A stretch of 64,000 nt of DNA from Lama guanicoe (taxonomy: Eukaryota), in NCBI GenBank assembly GCA_013239625.1, contig MU054391.1, positions 7,473,095 to 7,537,094 of the forward strand. Direction: 5' to 3'. The position numbers were made by a program, and so were the translations under genes. This document shows positions 12,841-25,197 of this stretch, piece after piece. Under the pieces are notes generated by a model that ran no database searches, was not told where the DNA came from, and saw only the letters and a program-made list of their open reading frames with translations. Position 1 is the stretch's first letter. Every line of letters begins with the position of its first letter.

Positions 12841-13399
12841 TCGAGTCAAATGAAACACTTCTACAGGCTTGCTTCAGCCCTTGGGAGAGCCAGTTTGTAG
12901 CCTCGTTTTATAGAGCAGTCTTTAATTTGTTATTTTCCCTAATTTGGACTGGCTTCTCTTGTCTGTAAACCCCATCCCTGTTATAATCACAGAATTTTAG
13001 CACAAGCAGGGCTCTTGAAATGATTCCAGTTCAGGTCATTTGTTTTTAATGGTCTTGGCTATATACTTTCTGGTATTATTTTCTTTCTTAAAAAGAAAGC
13101 AACAAACCAAACCTCCCCGCACCCCCAAAAATCCCCCAAGACCCCAAACACAGCCATGACACCTTTTCATGGATTGACCCTGGACCTGTGCTACATTTTC
13201 TGTAACTCTGGATCGTTGGCTTATTAGCAGTGGAACTTTGCAGGACTGTAGGCTGTAAGACGTTCTTATTTACAATCCAAGTCAGTGAATTAACTGAGTT
13301 TCCTGGTATAGCATACATCCAGGCTCAGTGTGGCTTGCATGGTACTGTGAAAGCAGATTTCCGTTCAATGTGTCATTAAAAATGCCCCAAAAGAAGGGT

Positions 13400-13690
13400 T
13401 GGGCAAGATGAGATTAATTATTAAAAATTATTTTTCAATTATGATGATAGTTGTTTATGTTTCTAAAAATTTTATCTAGTATGTATATGTATGTATACTG
13501 AATTTTATATAGATGATGGGACATTATGCTTGGGATTTGCTTTCAAATAATCAAAGAAGAATGTGCATGGTGGAGTTAGATGAAATAAGATTGGTGGTGG
13601 GCTGATAATTGCAGAAACTAGGTAACAGACACACGTAGTGTCTACTACACTACTCTGTATATGTATTTAAAATTTTCTGCTTTCAAAAAA
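13400..13690 (+). mobile_element. Old L1 (L1MC/L1ME-type) 3' end
   Basis: tgggatttgctttcaaataat...tagatgaaataagattgg...gctgataattgcagaaactaggtaac. Confidence 0.7.
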
Positions 13691-15789
13691 GATAGTAAAA
13701 ACATCCAAAGCAATATATTCAGATTTACCATTGGTGATCAATGGTACTTATATTTTATTTTACCTATGTTTCAACATACCTAATACTGTTAAATATAGTA
13801 AGTTACTTATATTGCAAAATACAGCTTTAATTTAGTTATATTGTGTGAATCGTACCTTTATTTTATCAATTGTCCCTATATTTTAGCTTCACGTAGCTGT
13901 GGAGCTAACCTAACAGGAATCACAATGATTCAGCAGAACGTCAGACGGCCATATTCAGCTTCCTCACTTTATGGGATAAGGAACTGCGCTTGGCAGTGTC
14001 AAGTACTTGTTCAAGTTCAGGGTTGTTTGTTTCTAGGGGTCTGTGGCTATGAGTTGAGATCTGGGGAAGTGGGAAGAAGTGGTGGGTTCAAAGAGCTTAG
14101 CCTGGAATGCCAAACTGAGGAAGTTGGGTATGGTGTGAGAGGGAAAGTAGGGCTGGAACATTTCTGGAAAGGAAAGGAGATGTTGAAATCGATGTCGGTG
14201 GGAGGAGGGCAGACTAGATGGGAGCTGTGGAGAAATTCTGTCTGAGGTTTTTCAGAACTCCAGATCCAAGCCCCACTAACATCTAGATTCCAGAGTGGGT
14301 GTGGATGTGGGAAAGAAGAAAGCAGAAGACTGTGCTGAGGCGCAATCAGCAGGTGTTGTGGTCCATTAGGTTTACAGGACAGGAAGAGGAGGAAAGAGTG
14401 GGGTAGGATCCTTCTTTGTGTGGTCTTCAAATGCGTTTTACTTCCTTTGGGTAAAGACTAATGGCTGTGTGGCCAAAGGCTGGGCTGGGGGTATAAGAGA
14501 CCAAGGCAAAGACACAGGCAAACTTCTTCTCATGTCGATGAATTTAATAACTGAGATCAACATCATACAACGTCAGACACATCAGGTATGTGTACGCACT
14601 GCTGAACTTGGACTTACTTAAGAATAAATAGATGCTACTTGTCAATACCACAGAATTAAACATTATACGTACATATGCTAGCTGAACAGCAGCTGTGTTT
14701 TGCTGCTTTAGACTAGAACACAGCAGGCGTTTTTCTGCATCATTTCAGTTCTAAGAAAAAAAAAAAACATAGACAAAGCAGGAAGCTACATGCTTAGATT
14801 TACTTTGAAAAAGCCTAGTTTTTAAAGCACCAGGGAAATGAAGATGGAAGTTTGACTGTATCTTTCCACTGTCATCACTCCTGACTTCTTACAAGGCTTA
14901 GAAATAAACATGTCCAAGATTATATTCCAAAAGATTTCCCTAAAACTTTACCATGCCTTCGAAATGGGCCAGTCTCTACTTTCAAATATGATTTAGTCAA
15001 AGGAATATTGCCTTTGGAGTCAGTGAGACTGGCAATTAAATTCCAGGCTAGATGACCAGAGGTAAATTGCTTGGAGCCTTGGCTTCCTGATTGTATGATG
15101 GGAAGATACTACTCACACTCCGGTACTGCAAACACTGGAGATACTTGGGCTTCCATGTACCCAACCATTGACAACAGTTAAAACTCCAGAGAGTCGAGAT
15201 CTACTTTTGAAACATGAGGAAAATAGACATGTAGCTTCCACTTAAGATTATACATCCCTGAACCCTGTGCCAGGGTCGTTGCCTACAACAGGATGGATGC
15301 TCAGTAAATGCATAAGTGAAATCCCTTAGTTAAAAAATAAAATTACTTGTGCGTTTATTTATATCAGCAATGAATGAACTTCATTTCTCTTCTGTTAGAT
15401 TCCAGAGATCCAGACCAATAAGTGTATCTTTTTTTTTGAGAAGCAGGGATTAATATCAACTACCAAAAATAAGTCCAGGCACCAGGCTAAATGTATTTAC
15501 CATGCCAAATTGAGATGTGATTCGTAGTGCAGCAATAATCTGCAAATACTTATTGAAACCTCAGTTTCCTTTCAGATAGAAATAGAAGGTAGATTTTTCC
15601 CCCAGGCTTTCCTCCGACAGAAACACCTTTTTCTCTTGTTGAAGTTTCAGTGCTCAAGCAAAATGTGTGGTTATAAACCACTAGGGCCAGCAGAGCCAGC
15701 CTGTCATGGCTATTTTTTGCAAAAGGTAACATTAGTTGGAAGCTTTTGTTCAACAACATGCAAAAGGGTTTATGTTGTGAATATTGTGT

Positions 15790-16190
15790 ATTCAGAATAG
15801 TCTCCAAATATGACTCTCCAAAGATAATTATCTCTGAAGATGCCTATGCCCTAATCCCTGGACTTGGGGATATGCTACATTACAGAGAAAAAGGGAATTG
15901 ACAAAGAAGCTGAGAGAGGCTCCCAACTGATAGCAAGAAATGTGGACCTCAGTCCTACAACCACAGGAACTGAATTCTGCCAACAATCTGAATGAGGCTA
16001 GAAGTGAATTTTCCTCCAGAGCCTACAGATAAGCACCCAGCTAGCTGACACCTGAGTTCAGCCTTGTGAGATACAAAACAGAGCAACAGCCAGGCCCAGC
16101 TGAACTGCTGATCTACAGGACTGGGAGATAATAGATGTGTGTGGTTTTAAGTCTCTTAATATGTTATAGCAACAATAGAAAACCAACACA
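15790..16190 (+). mobile_element. MLT1 (ERVL-MaLR) solo LTR, MLT1D/E-like, with internal deletion
   Basis: gacctcagtcctacaaccacaggaactgaattctgccaacaatctgaatgag; ends tgttatagcaacaatagaaaaccaacaca. Confidence 0.85.
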
Positions 16191-17059
16191 AAAAGCAATC
16201 CTAAGAACGTACGCTTGAAGAGTGGGTTTCCCTTAGCGATAGACATTGACAGCCCTTGAAGAGATGCAACTTATGAGGAAGATGTTAGAGACCCCAAACC
16301 TATGTGGTACAGAAGTTTCAAAAATATTTCTGGGAAATGTGAAGCCTGTTGTTGCCTTCAAAACTCGGATTAAAAATTAGAATATCTGAACTCAACATCT
16401 CTTGTTATGAGAATCTTCTATAAGTTTAAAGTCAGATTTTATTTCTAAGTTTTCATAACAGGCACATATTGTGAAGTTTAGACAAACTCCAATTACACAT
16501 ATACATCATTTACAAGTTGAATTCATTTAAAAATAGTTTAATTTTTGTAATAAAGTGACAATGTTCTCAACTTTTAATAATCAAGCATTTCAAGGTTAAC
16601 AAAAATGTCTTGAATCTCTCTGTGTGTGTGTATTGGGGGGAACAGAAATATGTCTAAATGATATGAGTAAATGCTGTAAGAGTATACAGTAAAGCTGTTT
16701 AAAGCAGTAAGAGGAAAAAATATTCCTCAATGAAATGCTACTTAATCTGTGCTTTGGATATAACAGAGTGTTGAAGATGGAGGGTGGGGAGTAGACTTTG
16801 GAGACGCTATAGCTAAAGAATTCTAGGGAACAGTATTTGCAAAGTCACAGAGGCACGCATGAAGCCAGTTTGTGCAGGTGATAAGGAAACATCATGAAGT
16901 TTCCTGAGATCCTAGTCTAAATTGCACACAGAAAAGGTGACAGGAATACAGTGTGGCAATGTATGTAAGAAGCTATGAAGGGTCATGCGTACTATTGAAA
17001 GCTTTTACTTTATTCTATAGTCAATAAGAGGTTCTCAAAAACGTTTTTTAAATTGAGCA

Positions 17060-18170
17060 TCACATTTTCCTACTTCTTAACATATCTTGTAATTTTTGAT
17101 ATTATGCTGGACATAGTACATGATATATTGTCAGAAGCCTAGCTTTTGTCAGCTTCCTTTAAGGAGTTATTATCTTTTAAAATTGAGGTATAGTTGATTT
17201 ACAATGTTGTGTTAGTTTCTGGTGTACAGCAAAATGATTCAGTCATACATATATGTTTTTATATATATATAGTTTTTAATCTCTTTCATTACAGTTTATT
17301 ACAAGGTATTGAGTATCATTCCCTGTGCTACCCAATAGGACCTTGTTCTTTATTTTATATATAGTAGTTTCTATTTGCTAATCCCAAACTCCTAATTTAT
17401 TCCCCATGCCCTTCCCTTTGGTAACCGTATGTTTTCTATGTCTGTGACTGTTTCTGTTTTGTAAATACGTTCATTTGTATCACTTTTTTAGATTCCACGT
17501 ATACGTGATGTCAGAGTTCTGTTAACTTACTAGTGGGTTTCCTTGATCCTGTCAACTCTTGACTTTAGGATTTGTTAGATTGGATCTGGAGGATCCTTTA
17601 GTCTACAGTATGGTCCTAAGGCATGAACTTTCTGATATTTTATCTGAATGCCAGGGTACTAAAAAGGTCTGTCCAGTGTGGCTAGACCAGAATCTCCACA
17701 TCTCCCAGCACTGAGTACCAGTTAGTGTCTTTTACCAACACTCAACTGATAGCAGCTGCTCTCCGCTGGTCCTCATCAAGTCTCAGCCCGAGCATCTGCA
17801 CCCCAGCTCTCATCTGTGGACCTCAAGGAGCTCTCAGGCACACTCTGACTTCCGGGGCCTCCTTTCTAACAACCGTCCCCTGCCCAGTGCCCTACACAGC
17901 AACACTTACATTCCAGGTATTTTAGCGCCTTTGAACTCTGATCTCTGACCCGCCAGACTCACCACGATCACAGTGCTCAGTTGATCGCGACCTTCTGTGC
18001 TGCAGTGAGGAAGTTGTCCCTGAGCAGAGCGCTTGGTGAAGGTGGGGCTCACCTCGCATGTTTTATCCTCTGACGGAGCGCAGTCTTGCACCGCCTTTTA
18101 TCCAGTGCCTGAAATCAGTTGCCTCAATGCTGTGCTCTATTTTTTATGGTGGGAGGGCTAGTCTAGTACT
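17060..18170 (-). mobile_element. Old L1M 5' region, interrupted by a younger L1
   Basis: Antisense counterpart of the element at 23470-24400, with motifs such as ccttgatcctgtcaac, ggatttgttag, tggctagaccagaa and ccagtgcctgaaatcagttg. Confidence 0.6.
17175..17515 (-). mobile_element. Younger L1 3' end
   Basis: aattgaggtatagttgatttacaatgttgtgttagtttctggtgtacagcaaaatgattcag...tagattccacgtatacgtgat. Confidence 0.9.
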
Positions 18171-18499
18171 CGTGAATTTGTTCAAACAAAATACAGCAAA
18201 CAAATGTTTTTGAGTAGAATCATGGCATGGTGAGATGTGTGTTTTAAAAAGTAACAGTTATAACAAAGAGAAACAGAGAGGAGAATACATATTGGAATGA
18301 TGTTTTGCTGATGGAATTATCTGACTGTGGTGACAAATTGGATTGAGGGACTCTGCTTTGACTGTCTAAGATGTTTCAAAACAAACATTATAACTAAAAC
18401 TATCCAGCATGGTACTATGCACTGAATTGTCTGCAACATCATTGAATTTTGGTTAAAACAGTACCTACAACAAATGCCATTCAGTCATTTAATTTTTGA

Positions 18500-18650
18500 A
18501 TTTTTAATTTATCTTTTATTTTTTAAAATTTTTATACAACTTTTAAAGGTTATTTTCCATTTGCACTTATTACAAAATACGGCTCTGTTCCCCGTGTTGT
18601 ACAATACAATCTTGACCCTGTCTCCTATTCAGTAGTTTGCACCTCCCACT
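18500..18650 (-). mobile_element. Short L1 3' tail
   Basis: acttttaaaggttattttccattt...ttccccgtgttgtacaatac; same family as 5730-6148. Confidence 0.8.
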
Positions 18651-19164
18651 AAACTTTGAGTAGTGTCCTATACAAATCATTCAAACCATATCCAATCTTT
18701 TCTATTTTTATTTTCATGAAATTATTTTAAAGCAGTCCATTGTTTTACATGTAAATTTTATACTAAACATTTAATTCACTGATAGTTCTGATCTCTAGAA
18801 AATAGTATAGATTACAACTTTCGTTAGGTGCATTTTTTAATATGAGGGCCATTATTACGATCAAGTTCAATTTTCCTAGGTAACATTATATAAGTTCAAA
18901 TTATGTCAAGAATATTTTATTCTTCTGTCAGTTCAAATAGCTAATGAAGCTCATCATACAGAGGTTTTGTTCCTTTTGTTTTACTTTATTTTTTCTGCTA
19001 TGAATGTTATACACTGGATAAAAGATCAATAATTTATGTTCATATCATAGCTAATGCATGAAAAATTTGAAAACAGTTCTAGGATGGCTGCATTGTCACA
19101 ATTCTTTACTGGCATCAAAACGAAGTTTTCATCTTTAAGGGACTTTATTTATCCTGGTGTCGCG

Positions 19165-19183
19165 CTCCCTTGAGGTGGCGCTG
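19165..19183 (+). promoter_or_regulatory. Candidate CTCF-binding site
   Basis: CTCCCTTGAGGTGGCGCTG fits the core CCnnnAGRKGGCGC. It lies in unique DNA with locally retained CpGs. Confidence 0.55.
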
Positions 19184-20439
19184 CATATGCTGTTACCACC
19201 TCCTGGGACAGAACTTCTGGACTCTCCTAGTTAGTATCCAGATCAAAGGCTGTCTGTTTTGGATCTGGTTTGCATGGATAATAGCAAACTTGAAAATATT
19301 TTTTATTCAGGTACTACCGTTGGTTGATCTGCTGGGGAAGAAAACTGCAATGTTCCAAGCTTCTCTGGGAGTCAGTGTGCAACAGGTATATTTGGAACGA
19401 TATAAGATTAGCCAGACACACCTGGCATCTGGCATATTGACAGCTAACTTTTTGAAAGCACGGCAGGTCAAAATGAACTCAGATTGGAAATTAGTAGGGT
19501 CAAAACATCCTGATTCAATCAGAAACTATTGCTAGATTTAAAGAAGCAGTTAAGAAAGAAAGTAGAAATAAAATTCTCACCTGCAGAGTTGTAAAGATGA
19601 TAAGGTAGTATTCTAGACTGGGTTTCCAGCAGAAGCATGGTTTATGAACAGGCGTGCTTTCTTCCCCTCTGAAAATCATTTAAGCAAAGTAAATAGCAGC
19701 AAACTCTTGAACAGAGTTTTGCACTATAAACTTGGTTGAACGAGTCCCACTTTCTGACAATTTACTGTTGATAATTGCTGACACATGATTTTAAGTCTCC
19801 GTCTTCTGAAAAGAAAGGTTTACCTGGAATGGCATTATTTTTCTGACTGTGTAGTTTATTTCTTGATGTGGTACTTTTTAAAAACAGGCCAACTTCTTCT
19901 GCGTGATATACAAGTTAGAGGAGAAAGAGAGAAACAGTGGAAGGTGGAGGCATTCCCAGCTTGTGATTCAGAGATTTGTCACTATTGATGCAAAGTTGAG
20001 TAGTAGCAGGTACGTGTCAGGAACCCAGTCTGCATCTCTGAAATACGTTTTATATTGCTTCATATTTCCAAAACTAAATCTTAGTGCACTGCTAGTAGCT
20101 GTGCAGGCCTGGAAAACACTCCTCTATTTCTTTTAATCTGCAAATGGAGAGGTTTGCTGCAGAAAAATTCAGAACAAGATTATTACCCTGTAGTTTAAGT
20201 CTTATTTTCAAGGTCATCACTTGAACTAACGCTTACCACAGAGGCTATGTGTTAGATATTAATATTCCTGCTGGACTGATGAAGTGATTAAGTCACTTGC
20301 ACGAAGGTGCGTAGCCAGGATCAGATCCCATCTTTTCTCCACAATTCTTCCTTTAATAATTTTACTTCTCCATCTGCCTTGCAGTATCTGTCCCTTCAAC
20401 CAAATGGAACACTGTCTTAATCAAAAATTACTTTGATCG

Positions 20440-20955
20440 AAAAACATTAATTCGAAAAGATACGTGCACTCCAATGTTCCTGGCGGCACTATTTACAAAT
20501 GTCAAGATATGGAAGCAACGTAAGTGTCCGTCAATAGATGAATGGATAAAGATGTATGTACAATGCACTACTCAGCCACAAAAAAGAATGAAATTTTGCC
20601 ATTTGCAGAAACATAGATGGACTTGGAGGGCATTACCCTAAGTGAAATAAGTCAGAGAAAGACAAATACTGTATGATAGCACTTATATGTGGAATCCAAA
20701 AAAAAACCACCACCAACAAACTAGTCAATATAACAACAACAAAAAAAGCAGCAGCCTCACAGATATAGAGCACAAACTAGCAGTTACTGTTGGGGAGAGA
20801 GGGAGGAGGGGCACCCTCGGGGTGGGGGAAGGGGAGGTCCCAACTACTGGGTGTGAGACAGGCTACAAGGACGTATTGTACAACATGGAGGACATAGCCA
20901 ATATTTTGTAATAGCTATAAATGGAGCGTAACCTTTAACAAGTGAATAAAAAATG
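20440..20955 (+). mobile_element. L1 ORF2 end plus 3'UTR
   Basis: aaagatacgtgcactccaatgttc...gatgaatggataaag...gtgaaataagtcagagaaagacaaatact, ending at AATAAA. Confidence 0.92.
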
Positions 20956-21679
20956 AAAGAAATCATTAACTTGTATCATTTTCAAAATTTTTTCACCAGT
21001 TTTTATTGCTTGTATTAAATAATGAATAATTATAAATGCATGGTTTTAGGATGTGGAGGGAATGTATAAAGACCAGCAGTAATGCAAACCTAGGTCTTAC
21101 ACGTGAGGACGTCACCACTCCCCGAGCTCAGTGAGTGCTCGTCCCCATCCAGTGCCGACCCCCTGCACCCCACGCCCCAAATCACCTCCGTCTGGATGTT
21201 TGTGTCTGTCATCACACCCTGACTGCACTTTGTAATTAATTCACTGATGTATATATGTATGGCTAATGTTTAATTGTTAAGCACTTGTACACCTATTTGT
21301 AAAATGTCAAAGTATTTTCCAATCAGTTAGTAAACAGTCACTAACCCAAGCCCCTTTTGGGTCCGCCTGCTCTGGGTGTTCAGGCCAAAATCCTGAAACC
21401 TTCGTGGCTTTTCCATGATCCAGAAAATAAAAGATGACTGCCCGACACATCGGCGCTCCTCCAGAAGAAGGAGAAGGCTCCAGGATTACGATCTGTATTT
21501 GTTCTGGTTGGTCAGTGCCTGTGCGATACCAGGTGTTAAATATTTGTATCACTTCAAACGGTATCTTGTTCAGTTTTGGGTTTTTTTTTTTTTGGTTTCC
21601 TATTGCTTAACTTGTTTTTAAATGGTTATATTTTACCCTCATTGGGTGTAGTTATCCCAGAAATTACTGCAGTCATTTA

Positions 21680-22620
21680 ATAATATGGAAACTGCTACTA
21701 TGTTTTCTATGTGTTTCCTGGTGCGCATGTGTCAGAGTTTCTCCAGATCAATGAATCTAGGGGATTGATAGGTTGTTGCATTTGTGGGTCTTCAGTTTTG
21801 CTTGAAAATGTCATTATTTTTCAATATGGTTATAACATTCTATACTTCTGCCATTAGTATAAAATAGTCCTTGTTACACATCTCACTGCCAGTGCTTGAT
21901 ATTAACAGTATTTAAAATTTTTGCCAAGTTGGTAAGTGAAAAATGGTATTATATTGGGTTTTAAGCGTTTCCCTGATGATTTACAAGATTGAATATTTTC
22001 ATATGTTTATTCCCCATCCATGTATTCTCGCTGAGGTTCTTTTTTAAAAGTCTGATTATTTTATTGGAGTATTTTTGTTCTTTTTCTTACCTGTTTGTAA
22101 ATGTATACAGGCAGTCTGTATTTTTTCAGTTATATGTTACAGCTATTATTTCATAGTTTTTAACTTGTCAGTTTCCTCTCTTTATGGTATTCTTTGATGA
22201 AAAGAAGATTTTAAATTTTAATGTAGTCAAATCTATCAGTATGTTTCTGTTGTTTATATTTTTTGTGTATATGAAATTCTTCCCTAACTTTAAACCATAA
22301 AGATACTCTTCTGTGTCACCTGCTAAGAATTTTATACTTTTTATTTTTCATATTTAAGTCTTTGATCAACCTACATATTTGTTATATGAATGAAGCAGGG
22401 ATGCAGTATTCTCCTGGTGTGATTAACCAATTGTCCTGGCGCTGGTCATGTTCACATTTGTTCCTAACTGATCTTGGCTGCTGCGTCTATCAGAATGGTA
22501 ATTTCAATACACGGCGTTTCTGGGTTCTCCTATTCTATTCTGCTCACCTATCACAATGTAATAATAACTATTCCCTTAAAATAATTCTCGATACTTGGAG
22601 TAGCAAGTGTGATAGCATTG
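21680..22620 (-). mobile_element. Old L1M ORF2 3' part, antisense
   Basis: T-rich with aaatggtattatattg, ttttaaattttaatgtagtcaaatctatcag and ccaattgtcctggc. Confidence 0.7.
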
Positions 22621-22712
22621 TGTTGTCATTTCTAGTGTTTAAAAATCAATGTTATTGAGGTATAATTCACATACAGTGGAACACATTCATTTTAAGTATA
22701 ACCCAATAACTT

Positions 22713-23398
22713 ATTTTTACTTAGAATATTTATTGGAGTATAGTTGATTTACAAAGTTTCAGGTGGATAGCAAAGTGATTCAGTTCTACATATATATAGT
22801 CTTTTTCAGATTCTTTTCTGCTATAGGTTACTATAAGATATTGGATACAGTTCCCTGTATTATACAGTAGGTCCTTGTTGTTTATCTATTTTGTATATAT
22901 TTGTATCTGTTAATCCCAAATTCCTAACTTATCCCTCCCTCCTTTCCCCTTTGGTAAACATCAATTTGTTTTCTATATCTGTGAGTCTGTTTCTATTTTG
23001 TAAATAAGTTCATTTGTGTCATTTCTGAAGACTCCACATGTAAGTGATATCATATGATATTTGCCTTTCTCTGTCTGACTTACTTAACTTAGTGTGATAA
23101 TCTCTAGGTCCAGCCATGCTGCTTTCAATGGCATTATTTCATTCTTATTTATAGCTGATTAATATATACATATATACACACATCCATCTTCTTTATCCAT
23201 TCATCCGTCTATGGACATTTAGGTTGCTTCCGTGTCTTGGCTATTGTACACAGTGCTACTGTGAACACTGGGTTGCATGTATCTTTTCAAATTAGTGTTT
23301 TCATCTTTTTCAGATATATGCCCAGGAGTGGGATTGCTGGATCATATGGTAACTTTATTTTTAGTTTTTTAAGGAATCTCCGCATTGTTTTCCATAGT
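22713..23398 (-). mobile_element. Younger 5'-truncated L1 with TSD
   Basis: Antisense 3'UTR and ORF2 end. TSD TA(A/G)CCCAATAACTT at 22699-22712 and 23399-23412; TT/AAAA endonuclease site on the element strand. Confidence 0.93.
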
Positions 23399-23469
23399 TA
23401 GCCCAATAACTTTTAAGTCTATATACTTCTGCATCACAACCATTATAACATTTGTGAAATAATAGTTTT

Positions 23470-24400
23470 AGACTTGAACAATGAGCAGCTCGGGACTGTG
23501 GTCCCTGAGAGGAGGATGACACAGGGGAGAAGTGTTGGGACTGCTCTGTTTTCTGCCTAGAGGTTCTTTCAAAAACTCCATGGCCACACGGTGCAGGGAT
23601 GGGGAAAGGGGGCAGATGAGAGCAACCTTGCTGACTGAGAAGACGGCCATTAGGATTCAGGGGGGCTGAGGCAGCTGTAATTTTCAAGGCATAGTACTAG
23701 AAAGGAGGGAGCTAAGTAGAAAAAGAGCTCCAGAAATCCATATAAGGCTCTTCTTGAGTGTGCTGCTGAATGTTAAGCTACATGTGGAACCTGAATAACT
23801 CCCAGAGCCCATCCCAGAGCTGGAAGACATTAGAGTTCTGACCAGACCAAGTGGAAAGACCTCAGTGAACACCTGGGGCATTCACCACAGACCCTGGAAG
23901 GGCCATGCCTAGACTAGTAGTGCTACCAGGACTAAACTAGTCCTAGACTAAAGGGTACTCAATACTGCCCAAGAAAGTACAGAAATAGGCCTTGAAAGTG
24001 TCAAGATGAGCTGCAAGTAACCTGTCAGAACACTATCCAAGACTGTTTAGAAGAGGACAGTAAACTATAGCTCTCAATAATTTAACCTTTACACGACCAA
24101 TATCCAATCAAAAACATCTAGTTATACAAAGAGGAGAAAAATGTAATACAAATCAGGAGAAAAATTTGACTACAGAAACAACCCAACAATGACAGAGGTG
24201 GTGGGATCAGCAGACAAGAACTTTAAAAACAGTTGTTTTAAATATGCTCAAGGATTTACAAGAAAAATGTGACTACCATAAAGAGAGCAAAGAAAGACAA
24301 AAAAGTACCAAACTCCTAAAACTTAAAAGTACAATATCTGAAAAGAAAAAAAAATGTTTGGGATTGGCAGAAGATGATACTTTTAAAAGGAAGGATGTTT
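23470..24400 (+). mobile_element. Old L1M (L1MC/MD-type) 5'UTR and ORF1 start
   Basis: cagcagacaagaactttaaaa...atatgctcaaggatttaca; ORF 24244 begins MLKDLQEK...LKSTISEKK, as in the L1 ORF1 coiled-coil start. Confidence 0.7.
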
Positions 24401-24659
24401 CTGTGGTTACAAATTTTCAGGGTTTTTCTCTGTATTACCTCAATATTGAGATAGATAAGTTTCCTTGCTCCTCTCCTCCTATAAAATGTGTATTCATCAT
24501 TCATCCTAAAAGGAAGGCACAGTTATCTAATATTTCATATTTACATTGAGAGCTCCTATTTGTGCGCCCTGGGAGAGCTCTAAGCTTTATCTCCTCTCCT
24601 TGGCACTTTTTGCCTCAAAACAGAGGCTCAAATTACTATGGTTTGGCATCTATGCTTGT

Positions 24660-25197
24660 GTTGTAAATATATTTAAAAATTTTCTTCTGTGTATTATGAT
24701 ATTTTGACATCTTAAGTAAAACTTTTAGGGTTGGGGACAGATGGCCCCTCTCTTGATTAGCCAGTTCTTAGAGATAGCAAAGGGTCCAGGCTGGAGGATA
24801 CTTGTGATGTGCAAATCAATCAACCCTCTCTCTGTTCTTGCATCCCAAGAAGACACCATCCCTCTGCCTTAGTCATCCCAGGGCCAAGCAACAGGGTTCA
24901 TCTCTATAGCCCCAAACCCACCAAAATTATTCAAACTAGCCAATCCTTATCTGTTCACCATTCCTTGCCTTATCTTTCCTGTGGAAATTCCAATAAAGTT
25001 TCTGGTCTAAACCTTCCCCTCACTCCTGTCCTCTGCCTCCTGACCACCCTGGTGCTTCCCCATGTGTCTCTGAGTGGTGTGCCGTGCCTCCAGTCTCTGG
25101 AATCTGTTGAGTACAGCAAACTTTGTTTTGCCCTGAGCCTTTCCTCTGTCTCCTCTTTAGGTCATACCTGACTGACCGTCTTAAAAAAGAATACAAA
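24660..25197 (+). mobile_element. ERVL solo LTR, MER74/MER73-like
   Basis: tttgacatct...tagccagttcttagagatagcaaa...gcaaatcaatcaa...attattcaaactagccaatcc...ccAATAAAg. Confidence 0.75.
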
